Source of the DNA: Lama glama
Taxonomy: Eukaryota
Direction: 5' to 3'
Assembly: GCA_028534125.1 (NCBI GenBank)
Contig: CM052818.1
Coordinates: 14,634,001-14,698,000, forward strand
Length of the DNA stretch: 64,000 nucleotides
The position numbers were made by a program, and so were the translations under genes. Of this stretch, positions 43,701 to 55,807 are shown piece by piece; the first letter of the stretch is position 1; each line of letters begins with the position of its first letter. A model generated the notes under the pieces. The model saw only the letters and a program-made list of their open reading frames with translations. It made no database searches and was not told the DNA's origin.

Positions 43701-46321
43701 ACCCCCAACCCCACCCCTCCACCCTGAGGGCCTCGGAAAGCACCTCCCTGAGGACGGACGCCGAGAGAAAGCACTAGAAGTTTTCCCCGTTCTTACCTTA
43801 TTCCGAGATTTTGGGGAAAATGCTTTAAAAATGGTTTTCTTTCCTGATCTAATACCAGAAAATAGAAATAGTCTTCTGGTATTAGTTTTCTTTCAAAATT
43901 AAAAACTGTTGAAAACATATTTATGTGACTGTCACCTCTGTCACGGTCCCACAAAGCTAGTCCCCAGTTGCCTGTGGCTGGGAGTCACAGCATGAGATGC
44001 AAGCAGTCAGATGTTACCAGGAAAGGCCACTTGGACGCGGGTTCGCACTGCTGTGGCTTTCTGTTCGAGAATATAGCTGAGCTCATATGGTTCAAAGGCT
44101 TATCTGAAATTTAACTTGAATAAATACAGAAAAGCAGCCCCACTAGAATCATCCAGTAGAGCTGGATCATTTAAACTCAAGGTCAGAATAAGTCTTATTG
44201 GTGCCTTTATTAAGATCAAGTTTATTTAGGTGATGAGATTTTTTTTCCCTCTTACATACCCTACCTTGCACAGAACTTTACTATTAGGAAACCTGAAACA
44301 CAGTCTAGAGAATTCAGGACCATCTCAGTTCAGGTTGCCATGGCATTTTCTAGCAAACTAAAATAACAGTGAGAATGTAAAAATTATGCACACAATGAAT
44401 AAGTTATTACCAAAATGTAATTAACATGATGTTTTCCTTTCCTTGTTCTGAGACAATAAAGCTAAATGCTATTACAAAGTGGTAGAAACATTTTTTTGAA
44501 AGTGAAGACATTTGTGACCGTATTGTTTGCTTCTCAGGTTGCAGCTGAACGCAGATATTTTGGTTCAGTTCAAGGATATAGAAAACACTACTGATGCTCT
44601 GTACTGTGGCGGCACAAACCTGCTGCTTCCATGACGTCATGCTCCTTTGTCTCCATGTCGGAGAGGCTGCCTGGTCTCTGTAATGTTTTCTTTTCCTGCA
44701 AGTACTAGGGCTCATAAAAAACAGCTTGACTCCTTACAGCTTTTCCCCTGTATGCTTCCTTTTCTATAAAAACTTAGTTTTGAAAAAATGGACATTTAAT
44801 TTTCAACAAAAATTTAATTTCTCCAGATTTTTCTTTTAGTTTCAGAGAATAATAATTTTATAGCCTTAATATAATGCTGGTTTTTGTGAATCTCAAGAGA
44901 CAAAACCGGACACTTGTGCATGCTGCAAATTCCTATTTTGATTCCAAAAATAACCTTTGTAACTATTTGGCAATACAGGTCTTCCCCCTGCCCCCTTCGG
45001 CTGGGGATGGTGGAGGGGGTAGGAAGGTTGTTGAGATATCTGTTCAGAATTTTTCAGACAAAGATTTAGAAATACTAACTAATGACTTCAATGAGATTTT
45101 AAGTTTAAAATCAGTAATTACAAAATCCACATAATTCTATGCCTCCCAAGAGCTGCATACCTTCCTTTGGATTTTTTTCTTTTAGCATAAAAACAGAACG
45201 TGCTGTTAAATAATGTGCAAGAAATTTTATTATATCTTCTAAGGGTGCATTTAAATATTGTGTTTAAATTACAGATATGAACATAAGACTTGGTAGTTTT
45301 CTATTGTATGTCCAAACAGAGGTGTTAAGACATGCTCCCCACAGTTCATCATGTATTCAAAATTGAGTTTGGACAGACTCTAGTTTTATTAGATTTGGAT
45401 AGTCACAGTTTTGTCATGTTGCTGCTAGAACAGCAGCACAGAGATAAAAATATCCCAAATAGCCTTGTTAGAGAAACATCTATCTGCCGCAGCTCTCAAC
45501 CTGGATCCTTTCTAGGCTTCCTGCTTTCCTAACCTTAATTCTTTATTCTTTTCAGAGGAAAACAAGCTGACCTTTGCTAAGCATCTTCTTACAAAAAAGA
45601 CTCATGACATATGGCGTCTTTATAAAAGATTCCACAGTTGAAATGTAAAATGAGACTTCAGGGAGCCCCCACAGAAAACTCTGTTCTAGCACTGAGAATC
45701 TCTTGTGAGAAAAGCATTGACTCTTTTCTTTGATTGATCAATTCATTCATTTTGCATGAACAAATATTCATTGGGCACTTGCAATGTGCAAAGAAAGCAA
45801 TATGAGTGATTCAAGAACGTGGAAAATATAGTGTCCATCTTTGAGGAATTTGCAGAAAAGAAGAGTGTAAGGTGTATTCAACAACAACCTGTCAAAACTG
45901 GATCGTTTATCTGACTCCTTCATTGTATAGATGAGGGAATTACTGCGCAGAGAAGTGAAATGACCTGCCCAAACCACACCACTCGTGTAGACATCACTGG
46001 GAGAATGGAAAGACCACTGGCTGGGGAGCAAGCCGCTTACTCCCTCACTCACTGATGATCTTGGATAGATTCCTTAACCCACTGAGCTAAGCCAGACCTC
46101 GAAAGCCTGATCTGGGTTGAAAGGCTGGGGAGAAGGGGAACACAGACTTCCTTCAGGTTTGCTTTCACTCACGTTTACTGTGTGACCTGGAAGCAGGAAG
46201 TGGGGAGCCTATGTACACAATAAGGATGTAAGTGAGCTGACGCAGCTTCTCCATGCCGCCCCAGCTCCCCAGACCCTTGGCCAACGTTCAGTGTCAGTGC
46301 AGCACCCAGGGAGGCGTCAGC

Positions 46322-46325
<4 letters not shown>

Positions 46326-46360
<35 letters not shown>
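46326..46360. repeat. (CA)n microsatellite
   Basis: Uninterrupted CA run of about 35 bp. Confidence 0.95.
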
Positions 46361-46363
<3 letters not shown>

Positions 46364-46649
46364 CATAGTCAGACACTTCCGTGTTCCATTTCTTATTGCT
46401 TTTTTGGGCCTAGCATGGGCCAGCCTTGGCCTCTCTACCTGCTAAACTTCCATTTCCTTACCTAGGATATTTAATATCCTGTATGCAAGATGGACTAGGT
46501 AAAGTGCCTGGCCCACAGAAGGTGCCTCACAGAGGGCCTTCATAGTTGAGGAACTGACAGTAGGATTCAGGTTTCCTGACTCTCAGCCTAATGCTCTTAA
46601 TACTCATGTGGCAGCTGCCACTTAATGGGTCTTCACACTGTGCCAACAG

Positions 46650-47900
46650 AATGATACATGAAGAGACAAAACTAGGATTATTTGCAGAAAGCACTGCATG
46701 TCTAGAAATCCTAAGAAGTCTGTTTGATAAACTTACAAGATAATAAATTTAAAGTGACCAGGTTTATAATGAAAAGGAAAGAAATTCCATTCAAAAAAAA
46801 AAAAAAGAGGATGGATAGATAAACAGAATTGCCTATGACAGTTATAAAGAAAATTATGAAGACATGAGCCATAATGTAATGAAAACCATAAAGCTGCACT
46901 GGAATATACAACAAAAGATGAACCAGTTGAGATACATACTATGTTATTATACAGGAAAACAAGTTTCACCAAGTAAAATCTATTTGTTAAATATTAAAAT
47001 CCTATACTAACCAAGAAGCCTTGAGTTATGATGCTGATCTAGTTCCCAGAAAATCCTAAAACAAAGTATATTAATTAAAGGATTAAGATAAAGAGGTATG
47101 GGTGAAATAGACATATTTAATGTATTATATACTATCATAAAATTAGGGAAGATGTTTAATAATTGCCTAATTCTATTTAATAATTGCCTAATTGTACTTT
47201 AACATTGCCATGATAACTGGCTAACAGTTAAACACAAAACAAAAAGTGATTTGGATCAGCTCTTAACACCGCATTACCAGTGCAGGCCCCTAGTGGATTA
47301 AAGAGTAACTATTTGCTTTAATTCTTAGCAAAGCTATGAGAAAAAAGAATCAAATATTTATGAAATCTTGAGAGGGATAGTATGTTTGAAACGCTTAGGG
47401 AAGTGATGAAAACCACAGAGGAAAAAATAAATAGCTCAAAAACATCAAAGAAAAAATGGTTGTAACAAAAAATTAACAAAATGAAAAGAAGAGAAACATA
47501 ATTGGGAAACATTTGTATTGATCATGATAGAAAAGAAGTTAGTATATATAATATATAAAGAACTTAATTCAAATCTTCAAAAGTATTAAAACCTCAAGAA
47601 AAATGGTTAAAGGATATAAACATAGAATTCACTTATGAAGAAATACAGGTAGATAATACACATTAATAAGTTCTTTGGAGGATATTTCTAATAGCAAAAT
47701 ACTGGGAACAAAATGCCCAATATAAAGTACACTATATCAATTCAATAGACTATTATATAGCCATTAGAATTATAATTATGAAACTGGAAAAAATTATTTG
47801 ATGGTGGAAGGGAGCCAAAAAAAATTCTATTATGCACATCAAAAAAAGCAAAAATGAAAATGCTATTGACAAAGAACAGTGGAATCATGGATTTTTTTTT
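46650..47900 (+). mobile_element. Degraded ancient L1 ORF2 fragments
   Basis: A-rich plus strand with L1-like phrases (atttgcagaaagcactgcatgtctagaaatccta, tagtggattaaagag, aaatggttaaaggatataaacatagaattcac). Boundaries are approximate. Confidence 0.5.
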
Positions 47901-50900
47901 TTCATAAATAAGATTGGGAAGGAAGCAGGAAAGCACTATACTAGTAGTTGAACAATACTAGTTGTTAAACATTAAAGATTTTAACATCTAGTGTATTTTT
48001 CAACATCTGGATGAAGAAAGCAAAGAGTTAGAAGAAACCAGGAATATTAGTGTCAAATGGTTAAGTTATTAGATTTCCTCGAGTAAGGCTCTTTCACAGC
48101 TCCAGAACCTTACAGAGAGCAGTCACATTTCCCAGAGGCACTGGAGAATGCAGGAACACACCTTGAGAGTCAAGTGTGTGATTTTTGCCATACCTTTGTC
48201 TATGGAGCCTCTTCTGGGCCATTGGTACCATGTTTGTCTTCCTCCTTCCTGATGCTATATTTTTACCATAATACTTGCTTTAAAAGTTTGCCTGCATCTA
48301 GACAAATGTCTACTTTTACATGTGAATTTTTTTCTAATTCCTAAATATTTTGATTTATTTTTATGATCCTTTATCTCCTTTCACTGCCTCCCCTATAAAA
48401 GGCATAATTTAGATTAGGAGTTAATAACTCAGAATATCTGACACGGATTTAAATCCTGATTCAGTTACGTGACTTTGGGCAAATTACTTATTTGTAAGCC
48501 TCAGATACTTTTATCTATAAGATGGAAATAATAATGCTTCATAGAGTAATACTTCATAAGGTAATTATGAGGTTTAAACTAAAAGACATAATTCATGTAA
48601 TATACTTGGTGTTGTACTTACTTGTAACACTGTAAACTCCAAAGTAAAGTGACATATAAATAAATATGGTACTTGAAACACTATTCAAAATGTTAACTAT
48701 TAAGTAAAAAAACTCACAACCTTAAAATGGTTCGTTCTTTCCATACATCTGGCAGATCACATTTCCTTGTAAGAGTCATGGCTTAATTGAAGAGAGGAAT
48801 TTTCCCTTATTTTTCTATCCTCTGTTTGCCTTTTTAAAGATGCTTTGAATCCTGTATGGATTGGAGTCATGTATAAGTAGATATACCAAGTTTCCTTAAT
48901 CACAGTACCTAACTGAAAATTTTCCTGAAATTGAAGAGAAAAATGCATGTATTCAATCCTGGCTTTATGAGTTTAATAGTCCAACCATCTCATTTCACTA
49001 CTGAAGGCTGTGGAATGGTCAAAATCAAACTACAGAACTATTGGTATAGTTCTTATTTAAACTATTTAAACTTTTGAAATGAAAATGAATCTCAGTTGAA
49101 AAGTTCAGGCAGGGAGGAAGGGGCATTTTAAAGGAATTGAAATGTAGGGGCTCAGGTTCAAAGTAACTATGATTGGCAGAAAATCAAGGCTTTCCATATT
49201 GTGTCAGGGGCTGGAGTGTAGGGTTTTTTGTGTGCTTTTTAACACTCCTTGAAATCGATAAGTGTCATATGAGCATTACTTGGACTTTATTTGAATTTAT
49301 TTGAATTTCAACAGCTACCAACAGATGTGCTTAGAATGAATAGGCCCCGATTCCCAAATAGCGCAGTATTTCAAATCTATTTTAGACTCTGAAATGAGAG
49401 CCGGCTCCAGGAAGACAGCTCTGAATCTTTCTCCCAGCTGCAGAAATAACTCCTCCTGTTGCCCCTCTGACCTACACCAAGGGAAGCCTCTTGAAAAGAT
49501 GTTCTTTTGCCAACAATCATTTTACCATTGCGACCCACAAATGGAAAAATAAACTGTTGGCTCCTCTTCAGAAAACCTATTCTTACAACGCCAGAAACAG
49601 GTAGAGAAAGAAAACCAGAGTTCTTTATATTCCTCTCCCATTTTCCAAAATGATCTTGATATTTTTGTTACCTCAGTGAGCTTATAAAGTGGGGCTTATC
49701 TACTAACAAGTCACAGTTAATATTCTCCAAACTAAGTTCATTCATCCAGTGTTCTAGGACCACCCTCCTACCCAATTCCTCAGGACTCTGCTCCATTGGT
49801 TAATTCCTACTTGCCTAAACCAATGGGCTCTCCCTCCCACTGGTTCCCACCCCTCACTTTAGGATGTACAAGCCCCTCCTACTGGAAAGTAAAAACGTCT
49901 AACCTGAATTCTCCTTTAGCTATTCCCCTATCTTATTTCTTCCCTTCACACCCAGGCTTCCGGAGGTGACAAATCCCTATTCAGTTAAATGGAAACTCTG
50001 ACCTTGCTTTCAGACATAATGACTACTGGGTGCCTCTCTGTGCCAGGCTCTCTTATGGGCCTTAATATTTTTTTCTTGTTTAAAAAATACATGAATAATG
50101 CATGCTCATTCTAACAATGCAGGAACAGATAAGTACAGCATCAACATCGCCCAAGCTGAACATTTTATTTAATGTTTGCAACCACCACAAGAGGTAAAAA
50201 TTATTGACCCTATTTTATTGATGAGGAAATTGAGGCTGAAAGACTCAGAGTGTACCCTGCAGTGTCTAACAGGAAGAGCTGCAGGGTCTGATTACTTGGG
50301 TTCACTTCTTGGCTTTGCCATTTACTCTGTGTCCATAAGCTTATTACTTATTATTTTCTGCACCTCAGTTTTCCTATCTGCAAAATGGGGCAAATGATAA
50401 TATCTAGTTCATAGAATACAGTGAGGATGTAATGTAACAAAACAAAAACGTTGTTTCTAAAGAGAAAAAAAGATCAAAAAGAAGTTATTTAAAAATGACA
50501 ACTGAGAAGAAAATACTAGAAATTAGAGCAAAACTGTTCACCATTCTGCTACTAGTGTACAGTCTGAGTTTTTAAAGCTGCTGGAAACTTCTGCCCCAAA
50601 ACAATGCTCTCAGTGCAATAATGACATCAATTTAGTTTGTTTTTTAAGATCATACTATTTTTTAAAAGATCCAATAGTATTATTTCAGTTTTTCATGATT
50701 AAATTTTATTCATTTACTATAGTATTAATTCCATTACTTAATATTTTTATCTCAGGCTAGAATGATTCTCGATGTTTAACATTTAGATATTATAAGCATG
50801 TTTTATATCATGTTTTGACCCATATTGTCATTTTTGTAATGGCTCTGTATATCCCTGGGTGATCTGGTCACCCCTGCCATCTGGCCCTACCTCCCAACTT

Positions 50901-52249
50901 ACACAGACTTTAGCCTCTTAGTTTCATCAGGCACCGTAATATGTATTTGCGCTCTGCGAGTGCTACAGTAGTAGAAAATGACTAAATCCTAATTATTAAC
51001 TTCCCCAGGGCAAATCATTACCCACACCCTGGTAACTCAAATATTCTTTCTCTATTTCTCTATATTTATATGCTATTTCTAAGAGGTAGTAGAGATGACT
51101 GCAGTTGTAACAGCTACTTGGTTAATCACTCAAAGCTGCTTTTTTACCATGTCCTTTGCAAACAGTTTAATGGACTTTCTATGGGAAACAGAGGAAATTA
51201 ACGAAGTGTACATCTCCTTCCCTTGTCTGCCAACATTCTTTTGAGTCTTAAGAATGTAACATTTTATTGAGGCGCTCAGCTTTCTAAACTGGGTGGCCTA
51301 GCTTGAAGAACAGTAATTCTGTATGCTAAGCCACTAAACAAACACACTTGTTTAAAGAATTCAGGTCAAGGATGAGAGATCCCTTTCAAAACAAGTATGA
51401 ACCTAACAACATTATTTGAGGAGTCGAAGAAAAATAAGACTATACAATTCACAGGCTCTCTTCATTCATCTTATATTGTTTATCTTTTAAAACCTCATGC
51501 TGTTTCTGTTTCCCAGAGAATTTAAACAGTTCACAATTCTATAATGTGAAGATTTATGGCTAAATTGTACTCTCCCCAAGAAGCCATCTTCTTTCTTTAC
51601 TCATATTTCTTCTTTTATCTTTGTCTTTCTCTCACTCTCCCTTCTGCCTTTCTGCCTCTGGTTGATTAGATATTTCTGAGATTTTGTATTAGCTCTCCTC
51701 ATTCCCCTTAAAAATTTTTCTTTTGTAGCCAAAATGTTTCAAGCCCCAAGTTAAAATCATTTTTGCTCTTTTCAGTAGTTTCAGTCCACACTCTAGGACA
51801 CAAGCAGAATGAAAGATCCCAAAAGAGAATAACATTTGACGCTTAACTCAAAGAATATGATCACTACTCACTTTCCAATTCTAAAAAACATGCATTTCTT
51901 ATTTGTGATCAACTAATATATGTGTATCCTTCTTCTGAACACTTTTAAGAAAAAAGTAATGCAGGCTCTGCGATATTAAGTAATATGAAATTCTAAAGGT
52001 GCCTCCCTTCCCACTCATTTAGCCAGAGGTGGCGTTGTTACGCAATGAACCTTGTCCCTAGAATACAGATCCAGCTTTAAGTCTCCTTTCATCGGTTTAG
52101 GTCACCTAATGCCCTACATTCTCATGTCATTTCCCCCTCATTTCTCACAGATTTTAGCTCCTGGCTTATTCTCACTTCTCTCCTGTCTTATCTTTCACAT
52201 AGGTGATCCTTCCCACGCAGGCCTCTTGGCTGGCTGACCTCCTCCCCTA

Positions 52250-53450
52250 CCATGACCTTGTGCTCAGTGTGCCTCATTACAGCCCAGGTTGGATGGATGA
52301 GTAGTGTTCTAACCAATCCCCTGCAATCCACTCTCAGACCACCATCTCTTATCCTTCTAGCTCATTCTAGTACTTGGCCACCATGACCCTTCAATTCCCT
52401 GGGTCTTCCAACCCTCTGATCAGGCCACCCTTTCACTGCCCCTCATGCCTATGTGTCCTCTATTCTTCCAGCGTAGATTCTAAGATCAATCATAATCATT
52501 CTCTTGCCCTTCTTGCTTCAGGTCTGACTAAATCCAACTCTGCTTACTCATGCTGCACCTGTAAACTCACCACGGATGAAGAAAAATTCACAATCATGCT
52601 GATGCACCCCACTTCAAATTCATGATCTTAATGCTATTCAACAATCATACCATATGTTATAGTCCAGTCACTCTAGGTAACTGTTTCTTACCTCTCTCCC
52701 CCCAGAATCCCACTGCCTCGTGCCTCATCCTCACTCTCACTTGAGTTGAATCTTGCTTTCTCCTTTACTGAGAACACTGAAGCAATCAGAAGAGAATTTC
52801 ATAGATTCCACCATCATTTCTACCCACCAGCCAGCATCTACACCCTCCTACTCTGCCTTCCTTCTGGTTTCCACAGGGGAATTTGTCATGCTCCTGTTAA
52901 GGGCCGACTGTTCTTCCTCTGTTTAGGCACTAGATTTGCTTTCACCAATTCAAAGACATCCTTCCAACAATTCTCCTTTCTGTCTTCTACACCATTAATT
53001 TTTGCTCTCTGCCCAATCATTCACATTAGCATGTACACATACTTCTTTTTCTCCCATTTGAAAAACATTTTCTTTGACCCACTTTCTCCACCAGCCATCA
53101 TCCCATCTCTCTGGAGCAAAATTTCAAGAGTCATGTATACTCGCTATTTTCACTTTCTCCCTTCCTGATTTTCTCTTAAACCCATTACAGCCAGGCTGTC
53201 ACCCTAACACTCCTCCAAAACTATTCTTGTCGAGTTGGTGCCTCCATTTAGTTCCCATTGGGGCAAATTCCTCAAGAAAATTATCAGTATTCACAGTCTC
53301 CAATTTCTTTCCTCCCATTCCCTTTAAAGCCTATGCCAACCCCCCACCACTTCTGTTTAAAATCCACTGGTCAGTTCTCATTTTACTTGATCCGTCAGCA
53401 CCACTTCACACAATTGAACACTTTTTACACATTTCATCTAAGTTGGATAA
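52250..53450 (+). mobile_element. L2 fragment
   Basis: Pyrimidine-rich L2 ORF2-derived sequence (cttgctttctcctttactgagaacactgaagcaatcagaagagaa, ttctcttaaacccattacagccaggct, cagttctcattttacttga). Confidence 0.7.
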
Positions 53451-54339
53451 TGTATTAGTCTAAGTCTGTCCAACATGTTCTCTTATGTTTCTTTAAATCA
53501 CTACTGACTATATTTTTCATTCCAAATATTGTTTACTTATCCTCTCTCCTTTTATTTTTAATCTTTGATTAATACTCTCTATTGTCTTTCATTAATTTCT
53601 CCTCTTATATTCATCATTACCTTTTCTCTACTTTCTTTGGCCTAAACTCTGCTGGTCTTGTACACACTACTCAAGTTACAGTTTGTGGTGCACTCATCAC
53701 AGTGCTTACCAATATTTTCAGTTTCCTTCTCCTAATCTCAGGGGAGGATTATACTTCCCTGACCCCTTAAAGCTAGGCAAAGCCATCTGACTAGCTCTGG
53801 CCAATGACATGTTACTTTTAATGGAAACATCAAAAACCTATTCATGGGGAAGGACGGTCTTTTCAATAAACATTACTTGGTCAATTAGATAATTTTATGG
53901 GAAAAATTAATCTAACTCTTATCACACCATTAACCAAAACCAATTCCAAATGGACTGCAGATATAAATGTGAAATACCCTAGAAAGACAAGATTTCTTAA
54001 AAAGGGCAGAAAAAGCACCAAGGGATAAAATGATAAGTTGGAATATATGAAGATTAAAAACTTTTGTTCATCAAAACATCATTAAGATACTGAAAAAGCA
54101 ACTCACAGTAGGAGAGGCTGTTTGAAATACACAGATCTGAAAAAGAACTTGTGTCTAACATGTATAACGGATTCCTACAAATCAACATGGAAAATATAAA
54201 ACACGCCAACAGGAAAATGAGAAGACTCGGCTACTTTACAAAAAGATAGCCAAATGGGGAAATCAAAACTACATGAAAAGGTTCCCAATCCATTAGACAT
54301 TAGGTAAATGCAGATTAAAACCACCAAAAGACACGTCCA

Positions 54340-54900
54340 TCACAGACGCGCCAGAATAGTGAAAATAAAAGATGGCAAAAGCCGTAGAAATAGTTTCTTG
54401 TGAGCCCAAAAGTGGGTGTCGTGAGACCGAAGGCTAAGTATCGCGAGACCGAACGACGGCTGTTGCGAATCCGAAGGGTGTGGTGGTTGCTTGAGTTCGC
54501 CTTTGTGAGAGAAGCAAACGTCAGGAAACAGCTGGTCAGGCTCCTTTACCACCATGAGCGTCCCGCGTGGGGTCGACGGGATCCCTCTCCCCCAGACCCG
54601 CCAGTTCCCTGTTCCTGACCACGCGCTGGAAGACCCAGACCCACAGCAGTGCCAGAAGCGTCTAGAGGAAGCGGAGGTGAGGCAGGTGGTGACCGAGACA
54701 GGCGAGGGCAGCTTGGGGATCGTCGCACTCTCACCACCCCAGCTTCTGGAGGAGGGGTGCGCACCGCGGGACCCCGCGGACTGTGGCCCTACTCCCCAGA
54801 TCCTGGTCAATGGGGGTCGCGGTCACGGAGCTGCCAAAGCGGGGCAGGAGGAGGCCATGCCGCCCGCGGGGGGCATGGAAGCAGCCCCTGTCCCTGTGGC
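54340..54900 (+). promoter_or_regulatory. TSPYL6: CpG-rich promoter / 5' region of TSPYL6
   Basis: Abrupt rise in CpG density relative to the flanks, starting ~200 bp before the ATG. Includes TATCGCGAGA (54439-54448), a close match to the TCTCGCGAGA (BANP/CGCG) promoter motif. Confidence 0.6.
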
Positions 54901-55807
54901 AACCGAGAGCAGCCTAGGAAATGGATGTCAGCGGGGAACTGGTGGGGAGAAGGCCCTAGAAACCTGTGGCACAGGGCGGTCGGAGCCTGAGCTGATGGCT
55001 GGGGCGAAGGTGAGGGAAGCGAAGACTGAAAGGGGTACCATCTTCCCTGTAGTAGTGGATGATGAGGAGAGGAAGGAGAAGCCAGTGGGTGAGGAAGTGG
55101 AAACGGTGGAGGAACCCAGAGCCGTAAACGTGGTGAAGGATGAGGCAGGGCCCCGGGCCCTGAATGAGGGTCTCCATGTGAACCCCTTGGAGACTATCCA
55201 GCTGGAACTGGACGCTCTGAACGCTCAGGCTGACCGGGCCTTCCTCCAGCTAGAGCGCAGGTTTGGGCGCATGCGGCGACACTACCTTCAGCGGAGGTAC
55301 CGCATCATTCAGAACATCCCCGGCTTCTGGATGACTGCCTTTCAGAACCACCCGCAGCTGTCTGCCCTGATTAGAGGCAGGGATGCCGAGATGTTCAGGT
55401 ACTTAACCAATTTGGAGGTGAAGGGGCTCAGACACCCTAGGATGGGCTGCAAGTTCAAGTTCTTCTTTCGAAGAAACCCATACTTCAGAAACAAGTTGAT
55501 TGTCAAGGAATATGAAGTCAGACCCTCCGGCCAAGTGGTGGCTCTTGCCACTCCGATCATATGGCACCCGGGCCGTGATCCTCCGGCTTTCAGTCCTAGG
55601 AACCAAGACCTCACATGCAGCTTGTTTGCCTGGCTTTTAGACCATAGCTTTCCAGAGTCTGACAGGATTGCTAAGATCATCAAAGAGGACCTCTGGCCAA
55701 ATCCACTGCAGTACTACCTATTGCATGAAGGGGCCCAGAGAGGTAGACTTCATCAGATAAGGGAGCTGGTGGAGAGCCCCAGGCCCTTTGGATTCCAATC
55801 TGGTTAA
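54554..55807 (+). CDS. TSPYL6: TSPY-like protein 6 (NAP/SET family, intronless), nested antisense in the last ACYP2 intron
   Basis: 417-aa ORF with Kozak-like accaccATG. It contains a NAP/SET domain ([19 protein letters not shown]...[16 protein letters not shown]...[22 protein letters not shown]...[15 protein letters not shown]) and the TSPYL1/6-type C-terminus PRPFGFQSG. The N-terminal DHALEDP / [11 protein letters not shown] stretch resembles recalled TSPYL6, and synteny with ACYP2 and C2orf73 picks TSPYL6 among paralogs. Confidence 0.9.
   Translation: MSVPRGVDGIPLPQTRQFPVPDHALEDPDPQQCQKRLEEAEVRQVVTETGEGSLGIVALSPPQLLEEGCAPRDPADCGPTPQILVNGGRGHGAAKAGQEEAMPPAGGMEAAPVPVATESSLGNGCQRGTGGEKALETCGTGRSEPELMAGAKVREAKTERGTIFPVVVDDEERKEKPVGEEVETVEEPRAVNVVKDEAGPRALNEGLHVNPLETIQLELDALNAQADRAFLQLERRFGRMRRHYLQRRYRIIQNIPGFWMTAFQNHPQLSALIRGRDAEMFRYLTNLEVKGLRHPRMGCKFKFFFRRNPYFRNKLIVKEYEVRPSGQVVALATPIIWHPGRDPPAFSPRNQDLTCSLFAWLLDHSFPESDRIAKIIKEDLWPNPLQYYLLHEGAQRGRLHQIRELVESPRPFGFQSG

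Noticed and set aside
52374..53463. Cluster of 66-140 aa ORFs
   Set aside because: They lie within a pyrimidine-rich L2 fossil and give low-complexity translations.
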